Shown piece after piece: positions 58,260 through 64,000 of a DNA stretch of 64,000 nt. Under the pieces are notes generated by a model. That model was not told the DNA's origin, ran no database searches, and saw only the letters and a program-made list of their open reading frames with translations. Every line of letters begins with the position of its first letter. Position 1 is the stretch's first letter. The translations under genes were made by a program, and so were the position numbers. The DNA comes from the human T2T-CHM13v2.0 reference genome, Homo sapiens. The stretch lies in the NCBI RefSeq assembly GCF_009914755.1, contig NC_060928.1. One strand, written 5' to 3'.

Positions 58260-59130
58260 AAAGAGGAAGATCAAGTGTGTCAAATGCCGCTGACAGGGCG
58301 AATAATGAAATCTGAGAACTGACCACTGAATTTGGCAATGTGCTGTTTCATTTTGTAGTAGGGATTGATTAGAGTGGGTTCCAGGCAAAAAAAGAGGAAG
58401 TGAAAACACAGAGCTTAAATAGTTCTTTTTTTTTCTTTCTCCATTTTCAAAGGAGAGCTTGTATAATTCTTTCAAGCAGTTCTGCTGTGAAGAATAGCAA
58501 AGGAAAGAGGCGATTGCTAAAGAGGGCTGAAGAGTCAAAGGAGGGTTGTTTTTATTTTCAAATAAGATGGAAAACATTATAGCATATTTCTATGCAAATG
58601 GGAATGATTCAATAGACAGACATCAAACTGGTGACCCAGGAGAGGGAGGAGGAAGGAGGAAAAATTGGGGGAGAGTTCTTGAGTGGGTGAGAGGGGATGG
58701 AATCATGCACACAGGAGAGGAGCTGATCTTAGTCAGGACTCTCAGCCCGTCCAGGAGATGGGAAGGAAGAAGGAAGAACACTGTGGGCCCAGAGGCAGGT
58801 GGTGGAGGGATATGAGTGTGGGAGCAGGTGGATGCTGTCTCCTGATGTTCTCAGTGAAACAGCAAGCAAGGTCATCCTCTGAGTGTGAAGCGGTGAAGGA
58901 AGTGATGTTGGAGGCATAATGGCCAAGGAGAATGTATGAAGGAGTTGCTTACAAGAGAGGAAGCATGAAGGGCTTGAGGGGAAGGAGCAGGACTGCCAGC
59001 ATGAGGGCCCTTTTGAGGTTGAGAGCCATGTCCTTAGACCAGGACCTCAGCTTAGTTGCGTGGGTTTCACCAGCTGCATTCAGGTACTAAGATAGGCAAG
59101 GAGTGGGTATAGTGTTGTTTTTAGAGGGGG
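58260..59130 (-). mobile_element. Degenerate L2
   Basis: gtgtcaaatgccgctgacagg...ctgagaactgaccactgaatttggcaa. Confidence 0.55.
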
Positions 59131-60369
59131 CTGGGATTTTAAGGTAGCAGACACTATTAGCTTCTTTATTCTGGTGCTGCAATAGCTTGTTTCCACATGT
59201 TGTCCTTATTAGAGTGAGTGATTTCCAAGTGTGTCTTTTTCATTTTTGTATCTCCTGCCTGTAAGTCTTCAACACAGAAGAGGCAATTAATGAATATTCA
59301 AAATACTATTTTCCTTATAAAAACAAATTCAGTAATTCCTTTGTTGCTTCTTTCCCCCTCCCTTGCTGCCTCAAACAGCTGATGCAATGTACTTATAAAT
59401 CATATATTATAAAACTATAGCTAGTTTTTCCTTACAGGTTTCTTTATATTTAAGTGGACCAAAAATAATACGTTCAAAAAATAATTGCATTGTGTTTTTC
59501 TGAGTACTTATTAAATAAGTTCATCAAAGCACTAATCAAACATGAAAACAGCTTTTGATAACCTGATTAATGTGTTCTTAAAATATTATCTCACTCTTCT
59601 AGCATAAATATTATGGGGAAAAATTAAGCAGCCCAGATTTCTCCCAGGAATGAGCATTAACGCCTCAGGGAAGGATGAGAATACTCAGGATTCTGTGCTG
59701 TAAGACTTACACTGTTCAGCAGTAGTTAAGCTGCTTCTTCTGGAAAACGTCTAGAAATAATTCTTTCATCTATGATTGTGAATAGTAAGTACCACAATTA
59801 TCTGGTGATCTGTTTGCATTTCTATGATATATCCACAAGTGAAGGTACATTTGGGTTGTGGGGAAGAAGCACCTCCCACATTCCCTCAATAATAGTGAAG
59901 GGATGTTGCATTGAAAGGTTCTTCTGAAGGTGCTGTTTTGGGGAACAGGACAGCACATTTGTATCTGTGTGTATTTGTGAATGTGTACTGTGAGCATCAC
60001 TGCCAGAAAATGATTAAAGGGATAAAACAAATGCCATTTATTCCTAATCCAAGCTTTCTTTTAATGTAGGCCCTACTATAAACAAGGGAAGCTGATGGAA
60101 TGTTTTGCACTCCTTTTGCCAAACTCTGAGACTAATGAACCCTGTCCACAAAGCCAGCTGGAAATTGTAAGGCCAGGAATCAGTGAGGTTTCCTCCATTA
60201 GGGCGCCACTCATTGTGACAAGGCCATGAGGCATTACCAGTTATTTTACAAAATGTGCATTCTCAATGAACTAAAGCCATTTCTGTTGTCATATATATAG
60301 GTGAACACTTTATTTTACAACATATTCATTTATAGGGAGAAACTGGCTTTAAACTCTCTTTTTCTCTGT

Positions 60370-60894
<525 letters not shown>

Positions 60895-61079
60895 CTAGTG
60901 GTTTATTCTTAAATAGCATTCTTCAAATTCAACAACAATTTAATAAGCATTTACCAAATGACTATGACATGCTGAGCCTTGGACTAGGCCCTGACATCAT
61001 TAATGATGCTGGCTGTAGTCTTAAAGAAGTAGATAGTCTAGCAAGAAAAGAGGCACATGGACTCCTACCTCTAGTAATA

Positions 61080-61345
61080 AGCATAATTGCAATAATAGCT
61101 AACTGTTGAGTGCTTACTATATGGTAGGCATAATATTTAAACATTATCTATCTATCTATTCTCATTTTCAATTTTAAAAACCCTATGAAATAGGTACTAC
61201 TATTTCCATTTTAAAGGTGGTAGAACAGAGATACAGAAAATTTAAGGAGCCTGCCCAAAGTCACACAGATAGTAAGTGATGAATCTAGGATTTGACTTGT
61301 GGCAATCTGATAACAGAAACAGCAATCTTAACTACTATTTCACAC
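61080..61345 (-). mobile_element. MIR within L2 fragments
   Basis: tagctaactgttgagtgcttactat...cctgcccaaagtcacacagatagtaagtg. Confidence 0.75.
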
Positions 61346-62336
61346 TGTCTCTCATATTTTTAAAAACATTCAATAGCAACAGATATTTATGGAGCACTTA
61401 CTACCTGTGAATACTAAGGATACAAGAGAGACTAAATTAGACTTATTTCTGCACTCTAGAGCTTGTAGTCTAGTGGGGAAAACAAACATTAATCATGTAA
61501 TTGCATGCATATATACATATGAGCTATGATAAATGTTAGGAAAAACTTACAGGTGTTAAGTAATGACTGTATAATGTATTTTTATATAATGTATATATAC
61601 AATGCTATTTGAGAATACACATAAGGCACACAACTAATTCTGACGTAGGCAGAGAGAGGTGAGGAGGGAAGGCTTCCAGATAATGAAAACAGAGGGAGCA
61701 AAGGCATAAAATAAGAAATCTGAAATGAGTGGGCATGGAAGGAAATAAAGAGATGGTGGCAAGAGTTGGGACTAGAAGGTTGGGCTGGACTCAGACTGTT
61801 AAGGCAGTGTATACCATGCTAAAGGGTTTGACCTTTATTTGCTATTCAGTAGGCAACAAAGCATTTTATAACAGTTATTATGTCCATGATGTGGAGAAAA
61901 AACTAGGTTCAGTTTTTGGACTGAAATTCCCCCAAACACTAATCTTTGTTGATAAAATATAAGGCCCTGGATTACATACATACCTTTCATCTTCTAACTT
62001 TGATGCTCACTAAAGAGATCTTGTGCAGTGGACAATTATTAGTTGTCTTCTCAGTGCTCATATCCCTCCTTCTTCTGTTCTGATGCCCCCAGTTAGTGTA
62101 CACGTATTATGAACCAGTTTTTTACGTGTAAAAATAAATAAACAATAATAAAATGTATAAGGAAGTTTGGGTAGATCCATGAGTTGCTAGGCTAGTTACC
62201 AGTCTTTATCATTCTACGTAAATAATATAGTCATTAAGAGAGACTTCTCACTGGGACATCATGAGGAAAAAAAAAAAACTATGTTTTTCTTTCCTTTTTT
62301 ATTTTTTCTTCCTTCATTTAGCCAAAGAAAAGATGG

Positions 62337-63105
62337 GTGTGACAAATATATACATATACATATATATATATGTATATATTTGGTCTTAGTCCCTGGTTCC
62401 TGATATAAGATCTTCTAAAACCCTTGGACTGTCCAGTGATGAGTGCCTTTTTGCATATTAATGAGATGATTTGAGGCTGAAAACTGCTAGAGAGCTTCAG
62501 GATGAGGACTGGCTGCCAGAGGAACTAACTGCGTGATTAGAGGGTGGGAACTTACAGCCTCTAGAGAGGGGAAAGGGGCTGGAGATAGAATTCAATCACC
62601 AATGACCAATGCTTTAATTAATCGTGCCCACCTAATGGAACCTCCATAAAAAGCGTAAACAATGGGCTTTGGAGAGCTTCCAGGTTGGTGCTGCGAGGGT
62701 GGTGTGCCCAGAAGGGGCACTGAAGTTCTGTGCCCTCCCCCATACTGTGTCCTAAGCATCTCTTTCATTTGGCTGTTCTTGAGTTGTATCCTTTAAAATA
62801 AACTGGTAAGTATGGCTAGGGTGCTTTTCTAAGTTCTGTGAACTGTTCTAGCAAATTATCAAACCTGAAGTTGGGGCCATGGAACCCCTGATTTATAGCC
62901 ACTTTGTCAGAAGTACAAGTCACAACCTGGGACTTACATCTGAAATTGGGGACAGTCTTGTGGCATTTGACTTGCGGGGACTATGCTAATGCCAGGCAGT
63001 TAGTGCCAAAACTGAGTTAAATTGTCAGACACCCAGTTCATGTCTGCAGATAATTGGAGAATTGCTTGGTATGCAAAACACACATTTGATGTCAGAAGTG
63101 TTGGG
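62337..63105. mobile_element. MER21-like LTR
   Basis: ctaaaacccttgga...gtgattagagggtgggaactt...tggagagcttccaggttggtg...tctttcatttggctgttcttgagttgtatcc...gatgtcagaagtg. Confidence 0.7.
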
Positions 63106-63727
63106 AGGATGTAGAAAGAAAAAGAGTTTTGTTTATGTTTTTTTTTCTTTTAATGGGATAAAGGGATGTGAGCTTCCTGATAACAAGATGAATAAATAAA
63201 GGCCTGGATAGAGTCATCAGGGTAAGTTTCCACTTAAAGGATTTCACATGAAGCAGAAAACAAACAAGTTCAAATTCAAACTTTCATGATGTTCTCAGAA
63301 TCCAAACTGTAAATCTGAAGAAGATAATCAAACAGGGTTGTCTTTAAGATCAAGAAGTAAACAAAAAAATCGGAATATATTGCGATAATAGAATTCGAGA
63401 GAAAGAATAAATCATTCATTCATTCAACAAACTGTCAGGCAATATATTAGAATCTAGATATGTGACACCTTACAACCTTATTCTGAAAGAGTTTATACTC
63501 TACTGAAAGGTAAAAAGAGAAGTAGTCAAAGGAATGCTATATTGATGTGGGACACAATAGAAGTGATCCTTTCCAGTCAGGGAGAAGGATGCCAGGAAAG
63601 ATTCCAAAGAGTCATTTACAAGATTAGTGTTTGATAGGTAGATGTGGATGTTGGTGGAACTTCAAATAAATTTCTTTAACCCTTCTCTAAATAAAACCTT
63701 TCTTTCAGAGTTATTAAATCAAGATGA

Positions 63728-64000
<273 letters not shown>

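Noticed and set aside
57840-58577. Longest ORF in the track (245 aa)
   Set aside because: Lies across decayed L1 3' UTR and L2 sequence; composition is not protein-like.

Overview
Human/primate genomic DNA: AT-rich, dense in Alu/L1/L2/MIR/LTR/DNA-transposon remnants, with no prokaryotic features. The window lies inside FAM13A, transcribed on the minus strand. I recognised three coding segments by hand translation against the FAM13A protein as I remember it; none is called correctly in the supplied ORF track. They are a 164-nt long-isoform exon (50366-50529), the alternative first exon of the short RhoGAP-less isoform (CDS 22327-22355, MACEIMPLQ-S), and a shared 42-nt exon (4365-4406). The rest is intron. 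The most interesting region is the internal promoter and 5' leader of the short isoform. It has an out-of-frame 39-codon upstream ORF overlapping the main AUG, an AUG-UAG start-stop element, a consensus CCAAT box, a (CCT)n tract and an inverted pair of hypoxia-response elements. Other points: inverted Alu pairs bracket both internal exons, a ~150-bp direct repeat flanks one Alu, and an MLT2A1 LTR appears to have lost a DUX4-type site and gained an AP-1 site. I found no convincing new gene system. Repeat subfamily names and boundaries are by eye and approximate.
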